A DNA stretch of 42,972 bases from Cyanophyceae cyanobacterium (GTDB taxonomy: Bacteria; Cyanobacteriota; Cyanobacteriia; Cyanobacteriales; Laspinemataceae): the NCBI GenBank assembly GCA_038321985.1, contig JBBQFN010000042.1:1-42972 (forward strand), in the 5' to 3' direction. Shown one piece after another: positions 1-10,154 of the stretch (positions within the stretch are counted from its first letter, which is position 1; each line of letters opens with the position of its first letter). The notes under the pieces are model-generated. The model ran no database searches, was not told the origin of the DNA, and was given only the letters and a program-made list of their open reading frames with translations. A program made the position numbers and the translations under genes.

Positions 1-96
1 ACTCCCGGACCTGCGATTAATTTGCGTACTTGCTCCTGAGATTTGCCACAAAAGGAACATTTTAGATGGGAGTCGTACTTAGACATAGACGGCCTC

Positions 97-801
97 TTAC
101 TTTTGTGCGGTAACAGCCTCTCCCGATTTCGGAAGACCCTGCTTGGTAATAACCTGGTCAATTAGACCATAAGCTCTGGATTCTTCTGCGGACATAAAGA
201 AATCCCGATCTGTGTCGGCTTCAATTCGCTCTAAGGGTTGCCCGGTATGAAAAGCGAGCATTTCATTTAACTGACGCTTATGATAAAGAATTTCCTTAGC
301 TTGGATCTCAATATCAACCGCTTGTCCCTGAGCGCCACCGAGAGGCTGGTGAATCATGATTCGGGAAGAAGGCAGCGACATCCGTTTGCCCTTTGCGCCT
401 GCGGTGAGCAAAAATGCTCCCATGCTGGCAGCCAAGCCGTAACAGATTGTCGCCACATCCGGGCGAATCTGTTGCATGGTATCGTAAATTGCCATCCCGG
501 CGGTGACTGATCCGCCCGGGGAGTTGATATAGAGCTGAATATCCTTCTCAGGGTCTTCGGCGTCTAGAAAAAGCAACTGGGCCACGATTAGGTCGGCAAT
601 GTTGTCATCAACTGGGGTCCCCAGAAACACAATTCTTTCCCGGAGTAGGCGCGAATAAATGTCAAACCCGCGTTCCCCCATCCCGGATTGTTCCACTACC
701 ATCGGGATGATGTTCTGGCTGGTGGAGGCAATCTCTAGACTATTTGAGCCGGAGATTGGATAGTAATGAGTTTGAGATATAAGCATCCGATCTGAGTTCA
801 T
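97..801 (-). CDS. clpP: ATP-dependent Clp protease proteolytic subunit (start may be 786)
   Basis: Motifs [25 protein letters not shown], catalytic Ser in GLAASMG and His in RIMIHQP. Lies downstream of tig, as in tig-clpP-clpX. Confidence 0.97.
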
Positions 802-1061
802 GCCAGGGTCTGCTGCTGTTCGAGGGAGTAGATATCAAGCAAATTTTTTGGGGATTTTACGCCATTATAGTCTTTGCTCTGTCTATATTATGCCGCAGCG
901 CACCGAGGACGGGCAGAAATTTCTAGAAAAATGCACAAATTAGATTTTTCTTTAGAGTCACCTCGGGGTGATGTCCAAATTTCCTGGGTTCTCGGTACTT
1001 GCGGTAGGCGATCACTGCCTTAGTCTAGTCCGTTCCCTTTGTCGGGGGAGTTCGGATTAGC

Positions 1062-2504
1062 TTATTCTGGCGAGTCGGAGGTTTCAGAGGCAACCGCTTC
1101 GGAAGTCGCTTCACCTTCGGCTACTTCGCTGGTACTTTCTTCCCCTGCTGCTGCGGCAAGTTCGGCTGCTGCTGCTGCTTCTGCCTCCAGGGTCCCTGCT
1201 GGTAGTAGCTCCACATTAGCCCGTTCTTCGAGCCAATCCAGGGCCTTTTCCTTGATCATTTCGGATTCGATCGCCGCTGTCAATCGTTCCCGATCAACAT
1301 CCGGAGGCAAGCGGTCCTTGAGTTCTTCAATCCGAGCGGCCACTTCTTCTGAAGTGACGGCAAGGGACTCACGAGCAGCCACTTCTTTCAATGCGAAGGA
1401 TTTTCGCAAGTTTTCGATCGCCTCGGGTTGGGACTGTTGGCGCAGTGCCGCTACCGTATCTTTCGTGTACAGCTTCTTAACATCAATCCCGTAATTCGCA
1501 AGCTGCATCATCGATTGCTGCAATATATTATCCAGCTCTCGCTCCATCAGAGTTTCGGGGATTTCCACTTCCACCACTTTTTCGATCGCATTCACCAAAG
1601 CTGCGTGCTTATTCGCTTTGGTTTCACGCTCGGCTTTCTCCTGATACTGCTTTTCCAGAGACTCGCGCAGTTCTGTCAGGGTTAGATACTCGCTCACCGC
1701 TTGAGCAAAATCATCATCTAATTCCGGTAACTCTTTTTCCTTGAGTTCTTTAACCGTAATCGTGAAAATCGCTTCTTTGCCTGCTAAATCCTCGTTCGGG
1801 TAATCTTCGGGAAACGGAACAGTTAATTCTTTTGTTTCCCCAACTTTTAACCCGATAATTCCCTCAACGAAGCCCTGAATAAACCGTCCTTCAGTGAGTT
1901 CAATTTGAAAGTTTTCGGCCTCTCCACCGGGCAGCGGTTGCAGTTCCCCACCTTCTTGGGAGATAATTTTTCCCAGATAATCGACAATGGCGACATCCTC
2001 GGCTTGGGCGGCTCTTTCCTCTACGGGAATTAAGGTGGCTTGCTCTTTACGACGTTCTTCTAAAAACTGATCAACTTCTGCGGGATCATATTTAACTTCT
2101 TCGGCTCTGATTTGCAGTCCCGTGTAATCACTTAAGGTGACTTCTGGAGGAACATCAACGGAAACCGAAAATACCAACGGTTCTCCCGGTTGGTACTGAG
2201 TCACTAATTCCTCAAAGGAGGAGATCAGTTGAAAATTCCCCAAGGCGGGAATATCTTCCTCCTTGACGACTTTTTCGAGACACTTTTGAATTAGATCCTC
2301 GACTGCTGCGGCTTTCACTTTGGAGGTTCCCATACGCTGTAACAAAACTGAGCGCGGTACTTTTCCTTTCCGAAACCCAGGAATGCTAGCCTGTCGGCTA
2401 AATTGCTGAATCACCTGCTCGTAGGCTTTCTGAGACATATCGGGGGTCACTTCAATTTCCAGACCAAGTTTGCTGGCGGGAAGCTTTTCCTGGGTAACTT
2501 TCAT
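1062..2504 (-). CDS. tig: Trigger factor
   Basis: MKVTQEKLP start (ATG at 2504), ribosome-binding signature IPGFRKGKVP, FKBP domain (FIQGFVEGIIG, FPEDY). Acidic Ala/Glu-rich tail. Confidence 0.97.
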   Translation of the reverse strand: MKVTQEKLPASKLGLEIEVTPDMSQKAYEQVIQQFSRQASIPGFRKGKVPRSVLLQRMGTSKVKAAAVEDLIQKCLEKVVKEEDIPALGNFQLISSFEELVTQYQPGEPLVFSVSVDVPPEVTLSDYTGLQIRAEEVKYDPAEVDQFLEERRKEQATLIPVEERAAQAEDVAIVDYLGKIISQEGGELQPLPGGEAENFQIELTEGRFIQGFVEGIIGLKVGETKELTVPFPEDYPNEDLAGKEAIFTITVKELKEKELPELDDDFAQAVSEYLTLTELRESLEKQYQEKAERETKANKHAALVNAIEKVVEVEIPETLMERELDNILQQSMMQLANYGIDVKKLYTKDTVAALRQQSQPEAIENLRKSFALKEVAARESLAVTSEEVAARIEELKDRLPPDVDRERLTAAIESEMIKEKALDWLEERANVELLPAGTLEAEAAAAAELAAAAGEESTSEVAEGEATSEAVASETSDSPE

Positions 2505-3444
2505 CGGCGTTCTCTTCGACAAATTCTGTTAATTCTCGATTGATTTTTGGGCGGTTTACCGTCCTGACCCCATGGAGCAGAAGGAAATTCCTGCTAGTCT
2601 GACGACTGGACCTCGGCCCAAGGTAGGCCCACTGACAAGGGGGTGAGTTATGCGGCTATCGCGCTCAGGAGCGGGCAACTCAGTCAAGCCCGAGGCTCTC
2701 TTTGCTGCAACTATAGATCCTAGCCGATCCGGAGTGCCAAGGGCGATCGCCTTTGAATAAAAGATCCGGGGTCTAGGGGATTTTACCCCTTTTACCACGG
2801 GCTATACAGCCTTTTTTAAGGGAGAATCTAAAATTTTACCAAAAAATTGACGAGGCGACTCTTTTAGGGCGATCGCAGTTATGAAGAGTTGCTAAGGCCC
2901 CAGACTGCGGGGAATCATTCCCCTGGTTACCTACCGAATCCCCGCCTAACCCGGACCCAGAGACAGAGGATTCAGGCCCCCCGGTCGCTTCACTGTTAAT
3001 GATTGATTGAGCGTGGTTATTAAAAACCGGGAGTTTTCAGGCCCCGGGACCCCGCTGGCTTTGCCCCGGATGCGATCGCCTAGGAATGTTAAAATTTTCC
3101 CTCAATCATGAGTATAATAAGATAACCGTTATTTCAATTCAGGCTAATTTTTATTGACTTTCTGTTTATAATCTGCAATAAATACCTTGTTATCCTTAAA
3201 GAAACTATCAAATCTGTTCCGGATAAAGTAGGAGTTTGAAAAAATCCCTCAATCCCCCCCGGACTCGGTAATATAGACTTTCAAGAGTCAATTCCCCGGA
3301 AATGACGACTGCTCAGGTCTTTTAAAAGCTGCTTTCGGCAAAGTGGCACTCTGCATTTAAAACTGCTGTAAGGAAAACCCCCGATAGATTTAAGACCTAT
3401 TTGAATCAAATCTATTATTACTCAAGACTCATATATCAACCTAC

Positions 3445-4500
3445 ATGGAGGGCTGTCATTTGTCGAAATCCTATAGAGTAGCCATTCTCGGAGCAACGGG
3501 AGCTGTCGGTACCGAGTTGTTAGAGTTGCTGGACAGTCGGTCGTTTCCGATGTCCGATCTCAAGCTGTTGGCTTCGCCCAGGTCTGCCGGAAAAACCCTC
3601 AAATTCCGAGGGGAAGAGATTCCCGTGGAAGTTGTCGAAGAAAGTTCCTTTAAAAATGTGGATGTGGTGTTGGCTTCGGCTGGGGGGTCCACTTCTAAGG
3701 CTTGGGCCTCCAGAGCTGTAGCCGCTGGTGCAGTAGTAGTGGATAATTCCAGCGCTTTTCGCATGGATCCTAATGTCCCTTTGGTAGTTCCAGAAGTGAA
3801 CCCAGAGGCCGCGGCTCACCATCAAGGCATTATCGCCAATCCCAATTGCACAACGATTTTGATGGCGGTGGCGGTATGGCCCCTGCATCAAGTCCAGCCG
3901 GTAAAGCGGATTGTGGCGGCAACGTACCAATCAGCAAGTGGTGCCGGTGCAAGGGCAATGGAGGAAATGAAAGAGCAGGCGACGGCCATTCTACAAGGTC
4001 AGACGCCGAAGACGGATATTTTCCCCTATCCCCTCGCGTTTAATTTGTTCCCGCATAATTCAGCCCTTAACGACCAAGGGTATTGCGAGGAAGAAATGAA
4101 AATGGTGAACGAGACCCGCAAAATCTTTGGGGATCCGGACATTAGAATTAGTCCCACTTGTGTGCGAGTACCCGTGCTGCGAGCGCATTCAGAGGCGTTG
4201 AACTTAGAATTTGCCCAGCCGTTTAGCGTATTGAAGGCTCGGGAAATTTTAGCGTCTTCTCCGGGAGTTAAGTTGGTGGAAGACTGGGAGGCGAATTATT
4301 TCCCGATGCCGATGGAGGCAACGGGTCTCGATGAAGTTTTGGTGGGTCGGATTCGTCAGGATATTTCTCAACCCAATGGGTTAGAACTCTGGCTCAGTGG
4401 GGATCAAATTCGCAAGGGGGCCGCGTTGAATGCGGTGCAAATTGCGGAATTGTTGGTGGCTCGAAATTGGGTTCGACCGGCAGCAGCAGTGTCTGCTTAG
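3445..4500 (+). CDS. asd: Aspartate-semialdehyde dehydrogenase (start may be TTG 3460)
   Basis: GATGAVG, DNSSAFRM, catalytic ANPNCTT, TYQSASGAG, DQIRKGAALN motifs. Confidence 0.97.
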   Translation: MEGCHLSKSYRVAILGATGAVGTELLELLDSRSFPMSDLKLLASPRSAGKTLKFRGEEIPVEVVEESSFKNVDVVLASAGGSTSKAWASRAVAAGAVVVDNSSAFRMDPNVPLVVPEVNPEAAAHHQGIIANPNCTTILMAVAVWPLHQVQPVKRIVAATYQSASGAGARAMEEMKEQATAILQGQTPKTDIFPYPLAFNLFPHNSALNDQGYCEEEMKMVNETRKIFGDPDIRISPTCVRVPVLRAHSEALNLEFAQPFSVLKAREILASSPGVKLVEDWEANYFPMPMEATGLDEVLVGRIRQDISQPNGLELWLSGDQIRKGAALNAVQIAELLVARNWVRPAAAVSA

Positions 4501-4928
4501 AATGGCCTAGGCGAATGTGAGCAGTAAGCTGACTCGGAGTCAAGGTTCGAGCTTAGCACTGATGTTATATCCGTTGTCCTGTTCCTGAGTGGGGGCGATC
4601 GCCCTTTGCAGTTGTAAGTCAGGCCCAATCTGTATCTCCCACTCAGCCAAGGCGCGATTGGGTTTCCCTAAAGAGGCGATCGCCTCTAAAAAGAGGAGTC
4701 CATCGCTCCAATTTGTACCGATGGAAAGACGGAATGCCACGCAAAGAGCACGAAGAATGACAGTTCTACGATTTAAGTCCGAGCTGTTAGACTTCAAAGT
4801 TTACCGTTTGAAGATCGTGCTTTAGGGTTTGAGTTCCACGAGTTGGGAAAAGACTCACCCGAAAAGCGCGATCGCCACGGGATCGATGAACCCAGAATAA
4901 ACAACCGATCAATGTAAATAAGGAGAGA

Positions 4929-5813
4929 GTGGTGAATTTCGGACGAGTTGTCACCGCAATGATTACACCGTTTAATACAGACGGTAGCGTGAACTATGGT
5001 GTTGCAGAAAAGCTGGCTGCTGATTTAGTCGAGCACGGCACTGATGCTGTGGTCGTCTGTGGCACGACTGGAGAATCCCCCACCTTAACCTGGGATGAAG
5101 AATACGAATTATTTCAGGTGGTGAAAAAGGCGGTGGGCGTCAAAGCTAAGGTAATTGCCGGAACGGGATCGAATTCTACCCGCGAGGCGATCGCAGCAAC
5201 CCAAAAAGCTGCTAACATAGGGCTAGATGGCTCGTTACAAGTGGTTCCTTACTACAACAAACCCCCACAAGAAGGGTTATACCGGCACTTTAAGGCGATC
5301 GCGCAAAGCTGCCCCGACTTCCCTGTAATGCTCTATAACATTCCGGGGCGTACCGGCCAAAACTTGCTCCCGGAAACCGTGGCCCGTCTCGCGGAGATTC
5401 CTAACATCGTGGCGATTAAAGAAGCCAGTGGCAGCTTAGACCAAGCTAGCCTGGTGAGAAGCCTAACCCCACCGGAATTTAAGATTTACTCTGGGGATGA
5501 TTCTTTAACCTTACCCCTGCTGTCGATAGGGGCTAGCGGAGTGGTCAGTGTGGCCTCTCATCTGGTTGGAGACACTCTCCAAGCCATGATTCAAGCATTT
5601 GAAACCGGGAAAACCCAAGAAGCAACCCAGCTTCACCTCAAGCTTTTACCCTTATTCAAAGCACTATTTACCGTAACCAATCCCATTCCCCTCAAGTGTG
5701 CATTAAACCTTCAAGGCTGGGAGGTGGGATCGACTCGTCCGCCCCTGTGCGAGGCCCCCGAGGAAGTCAAAGAAGAGTTAGAGGCAGTGATGCGGCAGCT
5801 TAATCTGCTGTAA
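4929..5813 (+). CDS. dapA: 4-hydroxy-tetrahydrodipicolinate synthase
   Basis: [36 protein letters not shown] before the GTG start. Confidence 0.97.
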   Translation: MVNFGRVVTAMITPFNTDGSVNYGVAEKLAADLVEHGTDAVVVCGTTGESPTLTWDEEYELFQVVKKAVGVKAKVIAGTGSNSTREAIAATQKAANIGLDGSLQVVPYYNKPPQEGLYRHFKAIAQSCPDFPVMLYNIPGRTGQNLLPETVARLAEIPNIVAIKEASGSLDQASLVRSLTPPEFKIYSGDDSLTLPLLSIGASGVVSVASHLVGDTLQAMIQAFETGKTQEATQLHLKLLPLFKALFTVTNPIPLKCALNLQGWEVGSTRPPLCEAPEEVKEELEAVMRQLNLL

Positions 5814-5930
5814 CCCTAGCCAAAATTTCCCGTTGTGCGAGTTGTCATCGGTTATAAATCCTAATCTTTGTTTCATCACAACCCAATCAACCCTCGATAA
5901 CCAATCAACCATAAAAGAGAACAAACCAAA

Positions 5931-7769
5931 ATGACTAACAGCCCAATTACACTCGCTAAAGAAAAGAAGGCCGTCAATAAAAATGGGTCTACACCGAATG
6001 GATCTACACCCACCCTCAAAATTATTCCCTTGGGGGGGTTGCATGAAATCGGAAAAAATACTTGCGTTTTTGAGATTGATGACGAAATCATCCTCGTAGA
6101 TGCTGGTTTAGCCTTTCCCACCGATGGAATGCATGGAGTGAATATCGTCTTGCCGGACATGACCTACCTCCGGGATAATCGCCATAAAATCAAAGGCATG
6201 GTCGTCACCCACGGTCACGAGGACCACATTGGTGGGATTGCCTTTCACTTAAAACAGTTTGATATTCCGGTGATTTATGGTCCCCGCTTAGCGATGAGCT
6301 TGCTAGAAGGCAAGTTAGAAGAAGCTGGAGTCAGCGATCGCACCGAACTTAGGACCGTTTCACCTCGCGATGTCGTCCGGTTTGGTAAATCATTTGTAGT
6401 CGAGTATATTCGTAATACTCACTCGATGGCGGATAGTTTCACCGTGGCGATTCATACCCCCGTCGGCGTGGTGATCCATACCGGCGACTTCAAAATCGAC
6501 CATACCCCCGTCGATGGTGAATTCTTTGACTTGCAGCGGCTAGCCGAATATGGAGAAAAAGGTGTACTCTGCCTGATTAGTGATTCCACCAACGCCGAAA
6601 CCCCTGGCTATACCCCATCAGAACGTTCGGTTTATCCTAATCTCGATCGCGTCTTTTCTCAAGCCGAAGGTCGAATTTTAGTTACTACCTTTGCCTCATC
6701 GGTGCATCGCCTGAATATTATTCTGGACATAGCCAAGAAACAAGGTCGCACCGTGGCAGTGGTTGGGCGATCGATGCTCAACGTCATCGCACACGCCCGC
6801 AACCTAGGATATATTAAGTGTGAAGACAGTTTATTCCAACCCTTGCACGCCATTCGCTCCCTACCGGATAACAAGGTACTGATTTTGACCACAGGTTCTC
6901 AAGGTGAGCCGATGTCCGCTCTCACAAGAATTGCCAACGGTGAACACCGGAAAATCAAAATCCGTAAGGGAGATACGGTTGTATTCTCAGCGAATCCAAT
7001 TCCCGGCAATACCATCGCTGTGGTGAATACAATCGATAAACTGATGATACAAGGTGCGAACGTGATCTACGGACGGAATCAAGGGATTCACGTTTCGGGA
7101 CATGGTTGCCAAGAAGAGCATAAGTTAATGATTGCAATGACTCGGCCTAAGTTTTTCCTCCCCTTCCACGGCGAACATCGGATGCTGGTGCAACATTCAA
7201 AAGTCGCACAAAGTATGGGAATTCCGGCAGAAAATATGGTGATTATCAATAATGGGGATGTGGTCGGATTGACCACGGAGAGTATCGGCGTCATCGACCA
7301 AGTACCCTCCGGGATTGAACTGGTGGATGCATCTCGTTCGGGAGTCGTTAAGGATGAAGTGCTCAAAGAACGTCAACAGTTAGCAGCGGATGGGGTGGTT
7401 ACCATTGCAGCTGCGATCGGTTGGGATGGCAAACTGGCGGCTGAAACTGCGACGCACCTGCGAGGGGTGGTTTCATCCATTGAACATAATGTGCTGAAAA
7501 AATGGATTGGTCAAACCATTGAAGGAGTTTTGAGCGATCGCTGGTCTGATTTCTCGGGTACACAGGAAGATGGTACTCCCGCAGTGGACTGGATGGGACT
7601 GCAAAACCAGATTGAGCGCGAGATACAGCGGATGCTGCGCCGGGAACTGCAAAGTAATCCCTTGTTGGTGTTCTTGATGCAAAATCCCCAAGAACCCCCC
7701 ACGGTACAAGAACAACCTGCTACCACTGGACGCCGACGCACGCGATCGACTGCTAAGGTTGCATCTTAG
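5931..7769 (+). CDS. rnj: Ribonuclease J
   Basis: IIPLGGLHEIGKN, THGHEDHIGG metallo-beta-lactamase motif, HVSGH. Lies after dapA, the usual order. Confidence 0.96.
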   Translation: MTNSPITLAKEKKAVNKNGSTPNGSTPTLKIIPLGGLHEIGKNTCVFEIDDEIILVDAGLAFPTDGMHGVNIVLPDMTYLRDNRHKIKGMVVTHGHEDHIGGIAFHLKQFDIPVIYGPRLAMSLLEGKLEEAGVSDRTELRTVSPRDVVRFGKSFVVEYIRNTHSMADSFTVAIHTPVGVVIHTGDFKIDHTPVDGEFFDLQRLAEYGEKGVLCLISDSTNAETPGYTPSERSVYPNLDRVFSQAEGRILVTTFASSVHRLNIILDIAKKQGRTVAVVGRSMLNVIAHARNLGYIKCEDSLFQPLHAIRSLPDNKVLILTTGSQGEPMSALTRIANGEHRKIKIRKGDTVVFSANPIPGNTIAVVNTIDKLMIQGANVIYGRNQGIHVSGHGCQEEHKLMIAMTRPKFFLPFHGEHRMLVQHSKVAQSMGIPAENMVIINNGDVVGLTTESIGVIDQVPSGIELVDASRSGVVKDEVLKERQQLAADGVVTIAAAIGWDGKLAAETATHLRGVVSSIEHNVLKKWIGQTIEGVLSDRWSDFSGTQEDGTPAVDWMGLQNQIEREIQRMLRRELQSNPLLVFLMQNPQEPPTVQEQPATTGRRRTRSTAKVAS

Positions 7770-7776
7770 AACAAGA

Positions 7777-7857
7777 CCCCAGGCTCAAGCCTGGGGCTAT
7801 ACAAACAAAGCCCGTGCTTCGACAAGCTCAGCAGAGCCCTGCGCGGGCTAATTTTTT
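7777..7857. repeat. Composite REP-like palindromic element between convergent genes
   Basis: Hairpin CCCCAGGC-tcaa-GCCTGGGG, then AAAGCCCG...CGGGCT arms enclosing TGCTTCGACAAGCTCAGCA, followed by a T-run. Confidence 0.6.
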
Positions 7858-7904
7858 GGACCTATAAATTGGAATAAATCACTTTCAGATGGGGAACATT
7901 CAGC

Positions 7905-8405
7905 TTAATGCCATCCGTATGGCCTAATATTATTAAAATTCAGGGTATCAATTCCTATTTTCCCCAGATAGCCAGCCAATGTAAGATCATCGGTCAGCAC
8001 CAAATATTTATTGCGGGCTACTTCAACAATTCCACAATCCGTTAAACCATATTTAGTAAATTTATCCGTTTTGCCAATTTCTGCACTTGCGATATAAAAT
8101 TCATCTAGTAGGGCCATTTGTTCGGCCAATACTTGTAAACATTGAGAGCGTTCTGGTTCGCCGATTTGATTGACCAAGCTATTGACTTCTGTTAAAATCT
8201 GAGGGGTTGTAACTATTTTGGAAAAAAACTGTAAAATTTTCAAGAGAGTTTTATAATCTTCGGGTAAAAATTTTTCAGTTCGATTAAATTTAGAGATGCG
8301 CTTTGGATTGACTGTTCCCACACACCACAACAGTAAAATATTGGTATCAATTAGGATTCCCCGACTTTTATAGCCCTCAATCAATTGGCTAATATAATCG
8401 CTCAT
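7905..8405 (-). CDS. PIN domain protein (VapC-like nuclease)
   Basis: ILIDTNILL, ILTEV, GLTDCGI and VLTDD carry the PIN acidic residues. ATGA overlap with the upstream ORF. Confidence 0.85.
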   Translation of the reverse strand: MSDYISQLIEGYKSRGILIDTNILLLWCVGTVNPKRISKFNRTEKFLPEDYKTLLKILQFFSKIVTTPQILTEVNSLVNQIGEPERSQCLQVLAEQMALLDEFYIASAEIGKTDKFTKYGLTDCGIVEVARNKYLVLTDDLTLAGYLGKIGIDTLNFNNIRPYGWH

Positions 8406-8698
8406 ACCTCTCGAATTTTCATAGATTCTACTTCTCCCGTTTCAGAATTTATTTTAAAAATTTTATAATTCCTTTCCCATTCTTTCGTTTTCACAAGTTC
8501 TACAATTAACGGATTTCTCATTGCAGGTTTTGGCAAATTATATCCAATCGTAACAAACCAGTATTTTTTATCTTCTGAAAGTTCAACTTCTTCCAACCTC
8601 AAATCCTGGATATCCAATGGACCATTTTGGCTCATCAAATCTTGCACGGAATTAAAATAATCTTGGGCAGCAATGACTGCTTTTCGCACGTCAATCAT
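8402..8698 (-). CDS. Hypothetical protein translationally coupled to the PIN gene (putative antitoxin partner)
   Basis: 98 aa ORF with a 4-bp overlap with the PIN ORF. Family not recognised. Confidence 0.7.
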   Translation of the reverse strand: MIDVRKAVIAAQDYFNSVQDLMSQNGPLDIQDLRLEEVELSEDKKYWFVTIGYNLPKPAMRNPLIVELVKTKEWERNYKIFKINSETGEVESMKIREV

Positions 8699-8785
8699 GG
8701 TGAACTCTCTGGGTTAGTTGTATTAACAGTTTAGCAGTTTTAGAAGGGGCAGGTGCTTCTATATGCCCCACCGACGACTCAAACT

Positions 8786-8836
8786 CTATTCTATCCCTTC
8801 AATCCAGGCCTCTACTTGTTGATACAACTGGCGAAG
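8786..8836 (-). pseudogene. Degenerate duplicate of the last 17 codons of chlH (integration/recombination scar)
   Basis: 42/51 nt identical to 10155-10205 by manual alignment. Translates LRQLYQQVEAWIEGIE* versus Chl[17 protein letters not shown]. Confidence 0.85.
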
Positions 8837-8879
8837 GGGGAAAGAATCGGGACTCAGATTCCACAGAGGGTGCTGAATT

Positions 8880-9089
8880 TTAAGCAAACAGCAACCGTCC
8901 TTTCGGTTCTGGAATCGGACGCCCTAATGCCTGTGCCGTCTCCACCCACTCCTGCATAACGACTTCTAGATGACTCAAGGCTTCCTGATAGGTTGCACCA
9001 TCCGCAGCACAACCCAGTAATTCCGGCACTTCCGCAATAAATGCCTCGTCCTCGTGACTCCAATACATGATAATTTCATACCGTAGCAT
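8880..9089 (-). CDS. hicB: HicB family antitoxin (short form, no adjacent cognate hicA)
   Basis: YEIIMYWS..D.AFIAEVPEL.GC.ADG.TYQEAL...W....GRPIPEP is a typical short HicB. Likely ATG at 9089. Confidence 0.85.
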   Translation of the reverse strand: MLRYEIIMYWSHEDEAFIAEVPELLGCAADGATYQEALSHLEVVMQEWVETAQALGRPIPEPKGRLLFA

Positions 9090-9150
9090 CCCCTTCACTT
9101 CCTCGCTGGTCAATATCGCTCTCCTATTGTTGGACTGGCGATCGCTCTAT

Positions 9151-9495
9151 CTACACTTCGATTGACTCCTCCGCAGCTTTTGCTAAAACTTTATCCATCC
9201 AAGTATTAATGCTTTCTCCTGCTTTGTTAGCCGCAATAAATATTTTTCTGTGGTTTTCTGGGGTCGTGCGATAGGGAATTGTACCCGTAAAAGGTTGATC
9301 GGGAGCTTCTCCTAACTCTTGGCAAAAATCCAAATAAAAATCCACTGAATTTTGAAATTCTTGGTGAGCTTCTTCAACTGTTTTTCCCTTAAATGTCACT
9401 ACATCATTAATTTTCAAAACTCGACCAAATAAAATTCCCGCCTCTACATCAACCTCAACAGAACCTATGTAACCCTTGTAACTCATCATAGCCAA
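9151..9495 (-). CDS. hicB: HicB family antitoxin with C-terminal RHH-like segment
   Basis: YKGYIGSV...LFGRV..I.DVVTF.G.TV.E....F..SVD.YL.FC...G..P..PF.G...R...E.H......A...GES.N.W pattern. Confidence 0.9.
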   Translation of the reverse strand: MAMMSYKGYIGSVEVDVEAGILFGRVLKINDVVTFKGKTVEEAHQEFQNSVDFYLDFCQELGEAPDQPFTGTIPYRTTPENHRKIFIAANKAGESINTWMDKVLAKAAEESIEV

Positions 9496-9596
9496 TCAAT
9501 CTTCCTTGGTAAAAATTTTCTAATTCAACTAGATAATGTTTAAGATTTTATCTCTCGGGGTGTTAGCCACTCTCACCCTACTATCTGCCTAAGTTC

Positions 9597-9857
9597 TCAT
9601 GGCTCAATTCCTGCCTTCACCAAAAATTCTCTAACCGATTTCACTGCCCCTTTGTCCGTTTCTTTTTGCGGATGCGGTTCGTGGAACACTGCTTTAACAT
9701 TATTTAGTTTAACCCCTATGCGCGATCCTTGACCTTCGATAAGGGTAGCATCAAGCGCTCTAAATAGACTTTCAATATCTTGCCAGTTAATATTGGCCGG
9801 AATCGGATCGGTAAAAATCCTTTCTAAAGTTTTCTGCTGTTTGTTGTTAAGGTTCAT
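9597..9857 (-). CDS. hicA: HicA family toxin
   Basis: L..IF..P..ANI.W.DIESL...L....EG.GSR...L......FH.PHP.KE..KG.V..VREFL is a typical HicA. Lies upstream of hicB. Confidence 0.9.
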   Translation of the reverse strand: MNLNNKQQKTLERIFTDPIPANINWQDIESLFRALDATLIEGQGSRIGVKLNNVKAVFHEPHPQKETDKGAVKSVREFLVKAGIEP

Positions 9858-10096
9858 CTATCTTTAACGGGTGGACAACTGGGGTGTAACTTAAGCCAGT
9901 TTTGAGAAGTTGCAACAGATGCCCCGAGGAAGTCACGATACTTGCCTCCAAGCAGATACCTATCCACCAAAAACTAATTATTGTCGAAGATTTCAGCCAT
10001 TGATTAACAACCATCTCCTACTCCTTTTACTGACATCCTCAATCTCTATGATATCTTAATATCCTATCAGTGGCGGTTAAGACTTGCTCTAAAAGA

Positions 10097-10125
10097 GTAG
10101 GGGCACAGCAATGCTGTACCCCTAG
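10097..10125. repeat. REP-like GTAG palindrome downstream of chlH
   Basis: GTAGGGGCACAGCA-a-TGCTGTACCCCTAG imperfect hairpin starting with GTAG. Confidence 0.65.
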
Positions 10126-10154
10126 AATTTTAGATTATGATCGCGGAATGACCC

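Noticed and set aside
9101..9110. CCTCGCTGGT match to chlH (TSEE codons) upstream of the short hicB, as a second chlH scar
   Set aside because: Only about 10 nt; indistinguishable from chance.
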